A stretch of DNA of 64,000 bases from Candidatus Bathyarchaeia archaeon (GCA_049513715.1 JBEKVV010000003.1:384001-448000); one strand, 5' to 3'; counted from the first letter of the stretch, positions 20,572-30,438 are shown. The notes: generated by a model from the sequence alone, not told the origin. A program made the numbers and translations.

Positions 20572-21138
20572 TTGCCCTCTAAAACTCAAGAGAGTAAGCG
20601 CGTCGTTTTCGTCGCACACTGCCTCTTGAATCAAAACGCGAAAGTCGCGGAGTTTGCCCGATATCCAGGTGTCGTATCCCCAATAATAGAGTTAGCCCGC
20701 CAGAAGGGCTACGTGGTTGAACAACTCCCTTGCCCCGAACTTCTCGCAATGGGCATTACGCGGTGGTGGACGACTAAGGACATATACGACAATCCGGGCT
20801 ACCGGCGGCATTGCGCTGGGCTTGCCAAATTCACTGCGGACATCATTGAGCGATATTCAAAGAAGGGCTTCGATGTCAGGCTAATAGGATTGGACGGCAG
20901 CCCGTCAAGCGGAGTCAGATTCACAGGAACATCTGAACCAATCTGGGGCGGCAGACCCAGAGCAACAGTTGAAGAATACAAGATCGTCCCCGGCAAGGGC
21001 GTCTGGATTGAAGAACTCGAAAAAGAACTCCAACGCAGAGGCCTCCCGCTTCCCAAAGCCACCGGTGTTCCCATGGATGACCCAAAATTCAGCATGGAAA
21101 AGTCAGTTAAGGAAATCGAGGATTTTCTGGAGGAATAG
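20572..21138 (+). CDS. TudS/DUF523-related putative desulfidase
   Basis: AHCLLNQN, QLPCPE, GSPSSG (canonical SPSCG), GKGVW. Confidence 0.8.
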   Translation: MPSKTQESKRVVFVAHCLLNQNAKVAEFARYPGVVSPIIELARQKGYVVEQLPCPELLAMGITRWWTTKDIYDNPGYRRHCAGLAKFTADIIERYSKKGFDVRLIGLDGSPSSGVRFTGTSEPIWGGRPRATVEEYKIVPGKGVWIEELEKELQRRGLPLPKATGVPMDDPKFSMEKSVKEIEDFLEE

Positions 21139-21141
21139 GTA

Positions 21142-21537
21142 GTGGAAATCAATTTTGGCGACGCACGATCCTTCAAGATGGCGGTCGTTGCAGACTACTA
21201 TGTGAATCCGCAAAGCTACCCGAAACTTCCCAAAACGAACACTGTCTACGAGCAATTGCGCGATGCGGGATACGGGATAATCAAGATGCCCCCCTCTTCA
21301 ATGGTCGGAAAAGATCTGAAGGAGTGGATTATGACGACGGTTGATCAGATTCAGGAATATTCGAAACGGGGGTTCCAGGTCCTTTTGCTAGGAGCCGAAG
21401 GAATAACTGGCAAGGGTATATGGATGCCTGAAATGAAGAAGGAAATTTCGAAACGAGGAATGCCTAACCCGAAGTTCACCGTTCTGACGAAGGACCAGTT
21501 TCAGAGGCCCGAAGCCGTCCGGTCAATGCTAGAATAG
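21142..21537 (+). CDS. Shortened Cys-free paralog of the upstream TudS-like protein
   Basis: YSKRGFQVLLLG vs YSKKGFDVRLIG; GKGIWMPEMKKEISKRGMPNPK vs GKGVWIEELEKELQRRGLPLPK. Confidence 0.75.
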   Translation: MEINFGDARSFKMAVVADYYVNPQSYPKLPKTNTVYEQLRDAGYGIIKMPPSSMVGKDLKEWIMTTVDQIQEYSKRGFQVLLLGAEGITGKGIWMPEMKKEISKRGMPNPKFTVLTKDQFQRPEAVRSMLE

Positions 21538-21584
21538 CATCCACCCTTCCCCGCCTAAGACGCCCCTTTACGCGACCAGCGTCT

Positions 21585-21758
21585 TCAGAGTATCTTTGAG
21601 AGTATGTCTTCGTACTCTTTCTCAAGTTTCGGTGGTTTCTGCCATGAGACTTGGGCCACGTCGACACCCTGAGCTTCCAAGGCATCCTTGAACAATTCAA
21701 GCCCAATGTTGATGACCTTCAGCTCCGAGCTGAAGAGCCGCAGAATATTCTCAGACAT
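21585..21758 (-). CDS. Stand-alone FdrA C-terminal peptide (57 aa)
   Basis: Not in the ORF track: MSENILRLFSSELKVINIGLELFKDALEAQGVDVAQVSWQKPPKLEKEYEDILSKIL; VINIGL..F...L......V....W pattern; GGAGG upstream. Confidence 0.85.
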   Translation of the reverse strand: MSENILRLFSSELKVINIGLELFKDALEAQGVDVAQVSWQKPPKLEKEYEDILSKIL

Positions 21759-21773
21759 GCACTCAACCTCCTT

Positions 21774-23393
21774 TTAGAATCCCGCTAGGAAATGCGCGTA
21801 GATATCCTTCAAGACCTCGTCCTTGAGGGTTTCTCTTTTGGCTATCATGGCACCCGTGATGGCCATGATGGCATTGGTTCCAAAGAGGTGAACTCCTGCC
21901 TTGCTCAATTTCGCTTGTTGATCTGAGAGGGGCTGTGGATCCTGCTCCGTTCCACAGACGTGCGCCAGAATCGGGAGAGCTCTGCCGTCTGTCTCTGCCA
22001 TGCGCTTTGCATCTGCGATAGCACTCAGCATCGCGCCTGCGGGATCTGCGTGAGAGCCATACCCGAGCATGATGTCCATGAGAATCACGGCAACCTCAGG
22101 GTCCTTCGCCTCTTCGACAAGCCTCATCCTGCGAATGGTCGGATCGATCATCGGGTGAGCTCGGCCCGCTGTAAATTCTTCCTCCCCCAAATCTACTATT
22201 GAATCCTTCACGCTCTGGTTAGAGTCAACCAGTTTCAGTCGAGAGTCGAGAGGAGCGTTAGAATACACGTCGCCAATCATGCGACCAAGCAGTATGAGTG
22301 TTTCGTATGCGAGTGTTCCACCGGTGTAGAGGCCTCGGATATACCGCTGCTTCTCATTCAAATCTTTAGACGCTTCTTCAGCAAGCGACTTCAATTCGCC
22401 TTGCGTTGGGGCGAATTTTCTTATGATCTCAGTCTGACGAGCAGGCTCAGCGCTACGAATTGCTTCTGAGAAAGCGGCGTGGAGAGTCTTTGTTCCCTTC
22501 ACGCGCGAGCGTGCGTCTGCAGGAATATCGTAGTTCTCGGGTCCAAGAAAGCAGGTGACATACTGTTTCTTGGTGTGGCGAGTAATGTGTTCGAGCATGA
22601 GAAGTTTCACATTCTGATCCGGTGGTTTCGACACAACAACAATCGTGCTTGTCTCGGGATTCTTTTCCAGTGCGTCGATAGATTGAAGCATCATTAGCCC
22701 TCCGATCTTTGCTTTGACGTCTCCGCCGCCTGTCCCTAATCCTTCCGATACGCCTATCCCCGCCTCGCTTAGCAGGACGCTGACCTCTTGCAGACCAGTT
22801 CCTGCTGCCGCAACGATCCCGATCTTGCCTCTCTTGATGACGTTAGCAAATGCGATCGCCTTACCTCCGATAAGCGAGGTTCCGGCTCCAGGTCCCATAA
22901 CTAGCAACCCTTTGGATTTCGCGTGCTGCTTGAGTTCGAGTTCATCCTCTGGCGGAACATGGTCACTGAACAAATGGACGCTGATGCCTTTGTCAAGCAG
23001 CCTGATCACGATGTCTCTGGCATATTCTCCAGGAATGGAGACAATCGCCAAGTTGGCGTCGGGCAGAGCTTTCAGGGCGGCGTCAACACTGTAGTAACTA
23101 CGCCCCTTAATCTCAGGCGGCTTGAGAACGATTTCCTCGACCTGCTGCAGGCCCTTCTCAATTGCGGATTCTGTGTCAGCAATCACGGCAAGGATCATAT
23201 CATTTTCAGTCGCTGCTTTCCCTTCGCCGGTCAAGAGGCCGAGTTTGGTTAGTATCTCCTTGTTAGTCGAAGTTCCCATGACCACTGCGGCGTCTTTGAT
23301 TCCCCCAATCTTCTTGGCTTCTTCGGAAAGGTGGAGGAGCTGGACTGAATCTCTGTGGAAATTTTTCTTCACAACATTTCTAACTAAGATCAA
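21774..23393 (-). CDS. fdrA: FdrA/AllF family protein (succinyl-CoA synthetase alpha-like)
   Basis: DSVQLL, LFSDHV, LVMGPGAGT, GLYTGGTL, RAHPMIDP, LGYGSHADPA, GTEQDPQ. Confidence 0.92.
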   Translation of the reverse strand: MILVRNVVKKNFHRDSVQLLHLSEEAKKIGGIKDAAVVMGTSTNKEILTKLGLLTGEGKAATENDMILAVIADTESAIEKGLQQVEEIVLKPPEIKGRSYYSVDAALKALPDANLAIVSIPGEYARDIVIRLLDKGISVHLFSDHVPPEDELELKQHAKSKGLLVMGPGAGTSLIGGKAIAFANVIKRGKIGIVAAAGTGLQEVSVLLSEAGIGVSEGLGTGGGDVKAKIGGLMMLQSIDALEKNPETSTIVVVSKPPDQNVKLLMLEHITRHTKKQYVTCFLGPENYDIPADARSRVKGTKTLHAAFSEAIRSAEPARQTEIIRKFAPTQGELKSLAEEASKDLNEKQRYIRGLYTGGTLAYETLILLGRMIGDVYSNAPLDSRLKLVDSNQSVKDSIVDLGEEEFTAGRAHPMIDPTIRRMRLVEEAKDPEVAVILMDIMLGYGSHADPAGAMLSAIADAKRMAETDGRALPILAHVCGTEQDPQPLSDQQAKLSKAGVHLFGTNAIMAITGAMIAKRETLKDEVLKDIYAHFLAGF

Positions 23394-23550
23394 TTCGCGA
23401 AGTCACGCCTAGGGTTAAGCACGTCACTCAACTGAAATCCGGAAGCCCCCTGCGCGTAATTAATGATTAGCCGTGATTTCAATTCGCACGATTGAGAGTT
23501 CGCCAAAATCAACTTATATCCTGGCTGGGCTCAGCGAGCGGGTGGTTCTT

Positions 23551-24834
23551 GTGGCCTCGCGTAATCCTGCTGAAATCAAGGATGAAATCGAGAAGGCCAA
23601 TCAACTCGCAGTTACTAGAATGATGGATTCCGACCCATTCTGGGTTGGTATTGGACTCGCTCGAAAAGTCATAGCAGGCATGAAAGAGAAGATGTTCCTC
23701 CACGCTGGACCCCCCATTGAATGGGACGGGATGAGTGGGCCGATGAAGGGGGCCATCATGGGTGCTGCGATTTACGAAGGTTGGGCGCGGGATGGAGTTG
23801 AGGCGGAGAAGCTCGCGAAATCCGGCCAGATCACATTCGCTCCAAATCACCACTATGACGCGGTAGGCCCCATGGCTGGTGTAATATCCCCAAACATGCC
23901 CGTATACATTGTCAAAGACCGAAAGCACGGCTACCAGACGTATTCAAACCTGAACGAAGGAATCGGGAAGGTCCTGAGATATGGCGCCTATTCAAGCGAA
24001 GTAATCCAGAGGCTGGCCTGGATGCGCGATACTCTCGCAACAACCCTCGACTCGACCCTCAAGGAAATCCTGAAAGACAAGGAGGGAGTTGCCATGAAAC
24101 CGATAATCACTCAAGCTTTGACAATGGGCGACGACTGCCACAACCGATACAACGCCGCAACATCACTCTTCCTCAAAGAGATCACGCCCTACATGATGAG
24201 CACTGGAATCGACAAGAAGACACTGATCGAGGCTTTCAATTTCATGAGCCAGAACAATTTCACGTTGCTCAACCTAGGCATGGCGAGTGGGAAGGCCATC
24301 ACCTTAGCCGCTCACAAAATCAAGTACAGCACGATTGTGACGGTGCTTACGAGAAATGGAACCGATGCTGGAATTTGGGTGAGCGGCCTTGACAATGAAT
24401 GGTTTACCGCTCCTGCCCCTGTGCCGAAGGGTGTCTGGTTCCCAGGGTTCACTGAAAAGGACGCTAACCCGGACCTAGGAGACAGCGCAATAACGGAAAC
24501 AGCCGGATATGGTGGCTTCGCAATGGCCGCTGCACCAGGCATCGTTTCCTGGGTTGGCGGAAGCGTCGCCTACGCCGTTGAGAACACCCAGAAAATGTAC
24601 GAGATCACCTACACAAAGAACAAGGATTTCATAATCCCGTTCCTCGACTTCCAAGGAACACCAACAGGAATTGATATTCGCAAAGTCGTTAGGACAGGAA
24701 TCACACCGACAATAAACACCGGAATAGCTCACAAAGAAGCTGGAATCGGACAGGTTGGCGCAGGCATCGTAGCTTTCCCAATGGAAACCTTCAAACAAGC
24801 ACTCAAATCGTACGCGCAGAAATACGGCCTCTAA
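23551..24834 (+). CDS. DUF1116 (YlbE/AllG-like) protein
   Basis: LHAGPP, AVGPMAGVISP, LTMGDDCHNR, NPDLGDSAITE, INTGIAHK..GIGQVGAG; GTG at 23551 after GGTGG (open frame extends to 23473). Confidence 0.92.
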   Translation: MASRNPAEIKDEIEKANQLAVTRMMDSDPFWVGIGLARKVIAGMKEKMFLHAGPPIEWDGMSGPMKGAIMGAAIYEGWARDGVEAEKLAKSGQITFAPNHHYDAVGPMAGVISPNMPVYIVKDRKHGYQTYSNLNEGIGKVLRYGAYSSEVIQRLAWMRDTLATTLDSTLKEILKDKEGVAMKPIITQALTMGDDCHNRYNAATSLFLKEITPYMMSTGIDKKTLIEAFNFMSQNNFTLLNLGMASGKAITLAAHKIKYSTIVTVLTRNGTDAGIWVSGLDNEWFTAPAPVPKGVWFPGFTEKDANPDLGDSAITETAGYGGFAMAAAPGIVSWVGGSVAYAVENTQKMYEITYTKNKDFIIPFLDFQGTPTGIDIRKVVRTGITPTINTGIAHKEAGIGQVGAGIVAFPMETFKQALKSYAQKYGL

Positions 24835-24840
24835 GGACCA

Positions 24841-25755
24841 GTGTTGCGAACACGTATTCACGCGATCCATGTTGGCCGACTAGCAGCGCAAGCACTCTCA
24901 GGTCCCGGGCCAAGAGACATTGGAGAAATAGTCGCGGCCTTTCCAAATTCATTCTACCTGAAAACTAGGGATCATGAACTCATCTTCGTAACTAATCGCG
25001 AGTTGAAATCTCCAATAACGATTAATCTTAACTCAAAAGCAGACCTGGTTCAGATTGCAAAACCATCTGAAGTTGTGTCTCTGCTTGAAAATGAAATTCG
25101 AATAGGCGAATTAGGATCCATTGACCTTAATGGAGCATCATCATACGAGCGCTATCTGGTCCCCCAAGTTAACCAATTCGCGGTGGCTCGAGAGTCACTC
25201 CAACTCGGATCACTGATTCTAATGATAGTCGACACACATCTTAGTGTGCTCGACCCTGCTGGCTTCGCGTATTCTGGCGCCCTTGAATTTGTTTCAAAAG
25301 GTGTCGTCCCATTTCGTCGGTCGGGTGACGCGGAGCATTTCTGTGATGCAGCCCGGAAAATTGTGGGTTTGGGTGGGGGATTCACACCATCAGGAGACGA
25401 CTTGCTAGGCGGTTTCCTCGCAACCTACAACTCGTTTGCACAACAAAAGGGTGGCCAGATAGTCCTGTTAAATTTCGACCTCATCGAGAGCAAAACGAGT
25501 TGGATAAGTGCGAAACTGTTGGACTATATGCAACGACGTGTACTCGATGACCAAATCAGCGAACTGATACGCTCTGCTGCCTCAAGCGATACAGACAGCT
25601 TTATTGTGGCTTTGGAAACTCTGCTGCCGAGGGGCCACACTTCCGGAATTGACATTCTGGTTGGAGTAATCCTTGCTCTCAGCTTGACGTATGACATTCA
25701 ATCGAAAACGAATGAAACGCGCGCTGTTGCTGATAGGTTAGGGTTGCTATCTTAG
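24841..25755 (+). CDS. DUF2877 (YlbF/AllH-like) protein
   Basis: GLGGGFTPSGDDLLGG and GHTSGID motifs. Confidence 0.9.
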   Translation: MLRTRIHAIHVGRLAAQALSGPGPRDIGEIVAAFPNSFYLKTRDHELIFVTNRELKSPITINLNSKADLVQIAKPSEVVSLLENEIRIGELGSIDLNGASSYERYLVPQVNQFAVARESLQLGSLILMIVDTHLSVLDPAGFAYSGALEFVSKGVVPFRRSGDAEHFCDAARKIVGLGGGFTPSGDDLLGGFLATYNSFAQQKGGQIVLLNFDLIESKTSWISAKLLDYMQRRVLDDQISELIRSAASSDTDSFIVALETLLPRGHTSGIDILVGVILALSLTYDIQSKTNETRAVADRLGLLS

Positions 25756-25809
25756 AACTCGTCCGTTTGGCTTTACCAATTCTGAACTCATGTCGGAAGT
25801 TCTAAAAGC

Positions 25810-26565
25810 ATGCCTAGAAAACGTCCTCTTGGAGTTATGTTTATGTCGTTTAAACCTCCATGCCCGGTTACGCTTACTGAAGTCAAAATAAACGTCGAAG
25901 ACTTGGAACCAATTCTGCGGCCTCCAGAATCACCTCTTCTTGCTAGACCTTACAGTCCGAGGCTGCTCAAGCTTCCGGACGGCAAGAGAATGGTCGTCAG
26001 GATGGCAACGGCCGAAGACACCGATGTCATTCTGAAGACCACGCGCTCCATCATGGATGAGGAGAAGGACTTCTACGACTTGGTTTCGTCCAGGGTTTAC
26101 GGGGAAGTTCTCTCGCACAAGAGGAAACGTGTCAAAGATTACTATTGCCTCGTTGGAGTCCTTGAAGGAGAACTCGCGGCCATAGCCAACGCCCGACTGT
26201 GGGACGAGAAGGTCGCCATCAGCCTTCACACAATGACCTTCAAACGCGGCGCCGGGATAGGCGCACTCATGTACCTAGCGAAAATGGAGCATGCCTTCGA
26301 AAACCTCGGCGTCGAAGAATGGTGGGCCACATACGAGAGCTACACAGGAATCCGGTATTGGGGACTAGGCCTAGCACAGTTCCAGAAACCCTACCCACAA
26401 ATTCAACACGAGCTGGGCGGCGCCAGAGTCTTCTTCAACACCAAAGACCAATGGTACAGTTTTGTAAAACCAAAATACGAAAAACGCCTGGGCGAACGCC
26501 CCGTGCCAGCCGACTTACTCAAACAATCTCAAAACCCGAAACAACCAGCACACATAGACCTCTGA
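25810..26565 (+). CDS. GNAT-like N-acetyltransferase-fold protein of unknown function
   Basis: VRMATAED, YCLVGVLEGELAA, motif-A-like KRGAGIG; true start may be ATG 25837 or 25843. Confidence 0.7.
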   Translation: MPRKRPLGVMFMSFKPPCPVTLTEVKINVEDLEPILRPPESPLLARPYSPRLLKLPDGKRMVVRMATAEDTDVILKTTRSIMDEEKDFYDLVSSRVYGEVLSHKRKRVKDYYCLVGVLEGELAAIANARLWDEKVAISLHTMTFKRGAGIGALMYLAKMEHAFENLGVEEWWATYESYTGIRYWGLGLAQFQKPYPQIQHELGGARVFFNTKDQWYSFVKPKYEKRLGERPVPADLLKQSQNPKQPAHIDL

Positions 26566-26701
26566 ACCTCCCGCTGAGCGCCTCAAGGCGCTCTTCCAAA
26601 TGCGGAATGGACTGCATCTACTTCATCAGCTGATCAGCTACCTGTCCTAGAGTTCCGACGGCGACAATCAGAAACGCCTCTTAAATTACCACAAGGCGCA
26701 C

Positions 26702-27868
26702 TTGCCTCGAACGAATTTGAGGGATGTTTACGTTACTGGCGTTGCGTTGACAAAGTTTGGGAAACGCCCAGATATGGGGCTGGTTGAACTTGCCGTTGAC
26801 GCAGGTTTAGGTGCCCTGAAAGATGCAGCGCAAGAGAACTTGAAGGTTGATGCAGTTTATGTGGGCAATGCCGCGTCGGGGCAACTATGTGGAATGGAGA
26901 ACCTTGGCCCCATAGTTGCAGAACGTCTAGGTTTGCTCCCATGTGAGGCTCAGAGAATCGAGGCCACGACCGCCTCGGGCTCATGCGCTTTCAAAGAAGC
27001 CTACCGAGAAATCGCAGGTGGTTTCTTGGATACGGTCCTCGTGGTCGGAGCCGAGAAGATGACGCATATACCCACGGAAGATGCAACCAAGGTGCTCGCG
27101 TCCAGCATGACCCACCCAACCGGCGAAACTGTGCACGGAGCGAGTATGCCCTCTTTGGCAGCTATGTTCACACGAAGGTATCTTGAGAAATTCAACCTCT
27201 CAACCAAGCATTTGGCCCTCGTGGCCGTAAAGAATCACGCCAACGCCCTACTGAACCCCTACGCCCAATTCCAAAAAAAGATTACAATCGAAGACGCATT
27301 GTCCTCCCCCATAGTTGCCGAGCCGTTGCGAGTAACAGACTGCGCACCTATGACCGACGGGGCTGCAGCGGTTCTACTGCAGGCCAAGCCAACATCCAGA
27401 GTGCCAGTTAGGATTCGAGGGGTTGGGCATTCGACTGATAGGCAGATGTTCTACCAGCGATCTGAGGAATTCGCTATTCCTGCTCTGAAAGATGCTGCTC
27501 GGAAAGCGTTCCAAAGTGCTCAGTTAACCCCCAGCGACATCGATGTCGCAGAACTCCATGATGCTTTCACGGTTCTGGAAATCGTGGAAAGCGAGGATGT
27601 CGGTTTCTTCCCGAAAGGTGAAGGCGCAAAAGCCTTGGAAGACGGAGTCACTCAGATTGGCGGTCGACTGCCAATCAACACCGGTGGGGGGCTGAAAGCG
27701 CGTGGCCATCCCCTCGGAGCCACTGGGGTTGCGCAGATTGTGGAATTGACTTGGCAACTGAGGGGCGAGGCGGAGCAGAGGCAGGTCGCCGATGCTAAGG
27801 CCGCGCTCGCATGTAATTTTGCTGGGCTTGGAAACAGTGTGGTCGTAACGATTCTGGATAGGAGTTGA
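26702..27868 (+). CDS. SCP2-type thiolase-family protein lacking the canonical nucleophilic Cys
   Basis: VVGAEKM, CAPMTDGAAA, ELHDAF, GHPLGATG; EATTASG where EAACASG is expected. Confidence 0.9.
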   Translation: MPRTNLRDVYVTGVALTKFGKRPDMGLVELAVDAGLGALKDAAQENLKVDAVYVGNAASGQLCGMENLGPIVAERLGLLPCEAQRIEATTASGSCAFKEAYREIAGGFLDTVLVVGAEKMTHIPTEDATKVLASSMTHPTGETVHGASMPSLAAMFTRRYLEKFNLSTKHLALVAVKNHANALLNPYAQFQKKITIEDALSSPIVAEPLRVTDCAPMTDGAAAVLLQAKPTSRVPVRIRGVGHSTDRQMFYQRSEEFAIPALKDAARKAFQSAQLTPSDIDVAELHDAFTVLEIVESEDVGFFPKGEGAKALEDGVTQIGGRLPINTGGGLKARGHPLGATGVAQIVELTWQLRGEAEQRQVADAKAALACNFAGLGNSVVVTILDRS

Positions 27869-28233
27869 GGAACATGGGATCTGTTGCGGAACAAATGATT
27901 CGCGAAAAAAAACTGCTAGGGTCGAAGTGTGATCGGTGTGGGTATGTAGGGTTCCCGGCAATTAGCGTCTGCCCCAAATGCGGGCCTGGATACTTGGACC
28001 ATGTGAAGCTAGCGGAACTTCCCACAAAGGGCGCAGTGGTCACTTGGACGAAACTTAGGGTTGCGCCGAAGGGTTTCCCCTCACCACTGCTTCACTGTGT
28101 TCTTGATTTAGGAATCGTGAAAATACTTGGCACGGTGCAGGGAACTGAGGAAATTCGGCTTGGGGAAAAAATGGTGATCATGGAGGATACGTCTGGTCGA
28201 TTTCCTTACGTATTCTGGCGTCCCACATCGTGA
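27865..28233 (+). CDS. DUF35 Zn-ribbon/OB-fold protein (thiolase partner)
   Basis: CDRCG....P....CPKC followed by OB fold; 4-nt overlap with the thiolase. Confidence 0.9.
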   Translation: MRNMGSVAEQMIREKKLLGSKCDRCGYVGFPAISVCPKCGPGYLDHVKLAELPTKGAVVTWTKLRVAPKGFPSPLLHCVLDLGIVKILGTVQGTEEIRLGEKMVIMEDTSGRFPYVFWRPTS

Positions 28234-28304
28234 CGGCGTATTCCTAAGCTGAACAATGAAAACCCTATCACTCCTCACCCCCTCTACAATCGAGTGATAG
28301 GGCT

Positions 28305-29165
28305 TTGATTCTCGTAACAGGCGCCGCAGGAAAGACTGGCAAAGCAGTCATTAGAGCACTTGTTTCTAAACGGCAACAGATGCGCGCTCTGGTTCACCGC
28401 AAAGAACAGGCGGAGCTTGTCCAATCCTTGGGAGCGAAAGAGGTGGTCGTCGGAGATATGCAGTCATCAAACACAATAGCCGAAGCAACACGCGGAGTGA
28501 GCGCTATCTATCATATTTGCTCAAACATGAACCCAGCTGAGGTTCAGATCGGCAGAGCGATGATTTCCGCATCGAAATCCGCCAAAGTCAACCATTTCGT
28601 TTTCCATTCTGTCTTACACCCACAAGCGGAGACCATGCCACACCATTGGAACAAGATGCGGGTTGAGGAAGCGCTCTTAGAGTCTCAGCTTTCCTACACA
28701 ATACTGCAACCTGCCTCCTACATGCAGAACATCCTAGCCAATTGGCGAGACGTAGTCGAACGCGGTGTCTACTCGGTTCCGTATTCATTGGAAGCGCGTA
28801 TGAGCATGGTTGACTTGGACGATGTGGCCGAAGCCGCCGCAAAAGTGCTCTCGGAGCCGGGGCATGTTGGTGCTACGTATGAGTTGGCCGGGCCGGAGGC
28901 ACTCACTCAAACCCAGACCGCTGCTGTCCTGAGCAAGCAACTCGGGCGCGAAGTTCGCGCGGAACGGATGAGCGTTGAAAACTGGAAGCGCCGCGCTTTG
29001 AATTCTGGGCTCGGACCTTACCAGATTGATACACTCATCAGGATGTTCGAGTATTACGACCGCCACGGGTTCTGGGGCAACCCGCGCGAGCTGAGCGGCC
29101 TCATTCACCGCCCCCCTACTAAGTTCGAGGAATTCGTTCGACGAATCAAAGAGAAAACTGCTTGA
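28305..29165 (+). CDS. NmrA-family NAD(P)-binding protein (atypical SDR)
   Basis: ILVTGAAGKTG, H...K..VEE, TILQP..YMQN, VDLDDVA. Confidence 0.88.
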   Translation: MILVTGAAGKTGKAVIRALVSKRQQMRALVHRKEQAELVQSLGAKEVVVGDMQSSNTIAEATRGVSAIYHICSNMNPAEVQIGRAMISASKSAKVNHFVFHSVLHPQAETMPHHWNKMRVEEALLESQLSYTILQPASYMQNILANWRDVVERGVYSVPYSLEARMSMVDLDDVAEAAAKVLSEPGHVGATYELAGPEALTQTQTAAVLSKQLGREVRAERMSVENWKRRALNSGLGPYQIDTLIRMFEYYDRHGFWGNPRELSGLIHRPPTKFEEFVRRIKEKTA

Positions 29166-29197
29166 GGAATACACATTCCAAGTGGATAGTGTTCCGC

Positions 29198-30295
29198 TCA
29201 TTCTAGAGTTGCTGTTGAGACTGAATAGACCGGGGGTAACCATTGAGCCAGCGTCCTCCAGCTCTTACCTTCGTCAGAGCTGTTGAATACGTGACCCATT
29301 CGAGTACCGACGTACAAGCCCGCGGGCTCTAGCTGGTCTGAGGCAAGGCCTTCCCGGTAGCAACCCAAGTACGCGTTTTCAGCAGGCAATCCCTTCCCGA
29401 GTTTCCTCCAAGCCCTACCAGCGTTCGCTGTTCCGTAAACCGTGAATTGGCGTTTTGCGGCCACGCGGAAGAAATCACCCTCCTCCGGAACAACGTAGAA
29501 CCGTTCAGATTTGTGCGGGTGCGCCGCCATCGGAAAACCGAACCCACTTGGCAATCCCTTGGAGACCTCAACCCAACTCTCCGCCGCGTCCTCAGAACGG
29601 TAGACGCCGCAATGATTCTGTTGATACAGATAGTCCGGGTTGTTTGGGTCCATAACGAGTTTGTGTACGCATTGCCCAAACTCAGGGTACTTTTCAGGCA
29701 GGAAGTCTGCGCGCACGTTCTTGTTCTTGGGAACCCAACTCTTCCCCCCATCTTCGGATTTGAAAACTCCGACCGCAGAAATCCCCACGTAGATTCGTTT
29801 TGGTTTTGACGGATCGATTACAATTGAATGAAGGCATAGACCGCCTGCGCCTGGCTGCCACTGCGAGTGAGTAGGATGCGTGTTCAAATTTTCGTTCATT
29901 TTCCAGGAATCTCCTTCGTCGTCGCTTCGAAAGAGCGCTCCCGGGGCCACACCTGCATAAACAACACCTGGCTCGTCCGCGTGACCTGGTTCCACGTGCC
30001 AAACGTGCTCAACCGTCGACCCCGCTCCTTCAGCGAAGCGGGGTGGATTCTTGGCGTTCTCCCATGTTTTCCCGAAATTCTTCGAGCGGAAAACTGTCGG
30101 CCCGAAGTGGCCGCTGTTCACGGCGGCGTAAATTGTCTTCCCATCGCGTCTGTCTAGTGCCATGTGAAAAACTGGAGAATTCTCGAAGTAGGGTCCTCTC
30201 ATCTTCCATTTCTTGCGTCGTGAATCGGATTCAAAGATGAAGGCGCCTTTTCTGGATCCAACCAGCGCTAAGACGCCCCGTTTTCTAGATGGCAT
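29198..30295 (-). CDS. BNR/Asp-box beta-propeller protein (sialidase-like fold)
   Basis: Repeated S-x-D-x-G-x-S/T-W boxes; GGLCLHSI, GQCVHK, YQQNHCG. Confidence 0.88.
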   Translation of the reverse strand: MPSRKRGVLALVGSRKGAFIFESDSRRKKWKMRGPYFENSPVFHMALDRRDGKTIYAAVNSGHFGPTVFRSKNFGKTWENAKNPPRFAEGAGSTVEHVWHVEPGHADEPGVVYAGVAPGALFRSDDEGDSWKMNENLNTHPTHSQWQPGAGGLCLHSIVIDPSKPKRIYVGISAVGVFKSEDGGKSWVPKNKNVRADFLPEKYPEFGQCVHKLVMDPNNPDYLYQQNHCGVYRSEDAAESWVEVSKGLPSGFGFPMAAHPHKSERFYVVPEEGDFFRVAAKRQFTVYGTANAGRAWRKLGKGLPAENAYLGCYREGLASDQLEPAGLYVGTRMGHVFNSSDEGKSWRTLAQWLPPVYSVSTATLE

Positions 30296-30438
30296 TTAGC
30301 GAGTTCCCTCCGAACGCAGCTGAGGGTGTATACTGTATAGTATTTGAATCCTACAGGGATCGAGAGTATAGCTGCCCTAACTTGCGTCCAGCGAAGTAGT
30401 CCCATTTCGCAAGTTATCTTGTATAGGTTGACCTTGCA

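Noticed and set aside
30331..30360. TGAATCCTACAG resembling the Pho-box-like motif
   Set aside because: The CTATAG core is broken, the flanks do not match and the context is unrelated to phosphate.
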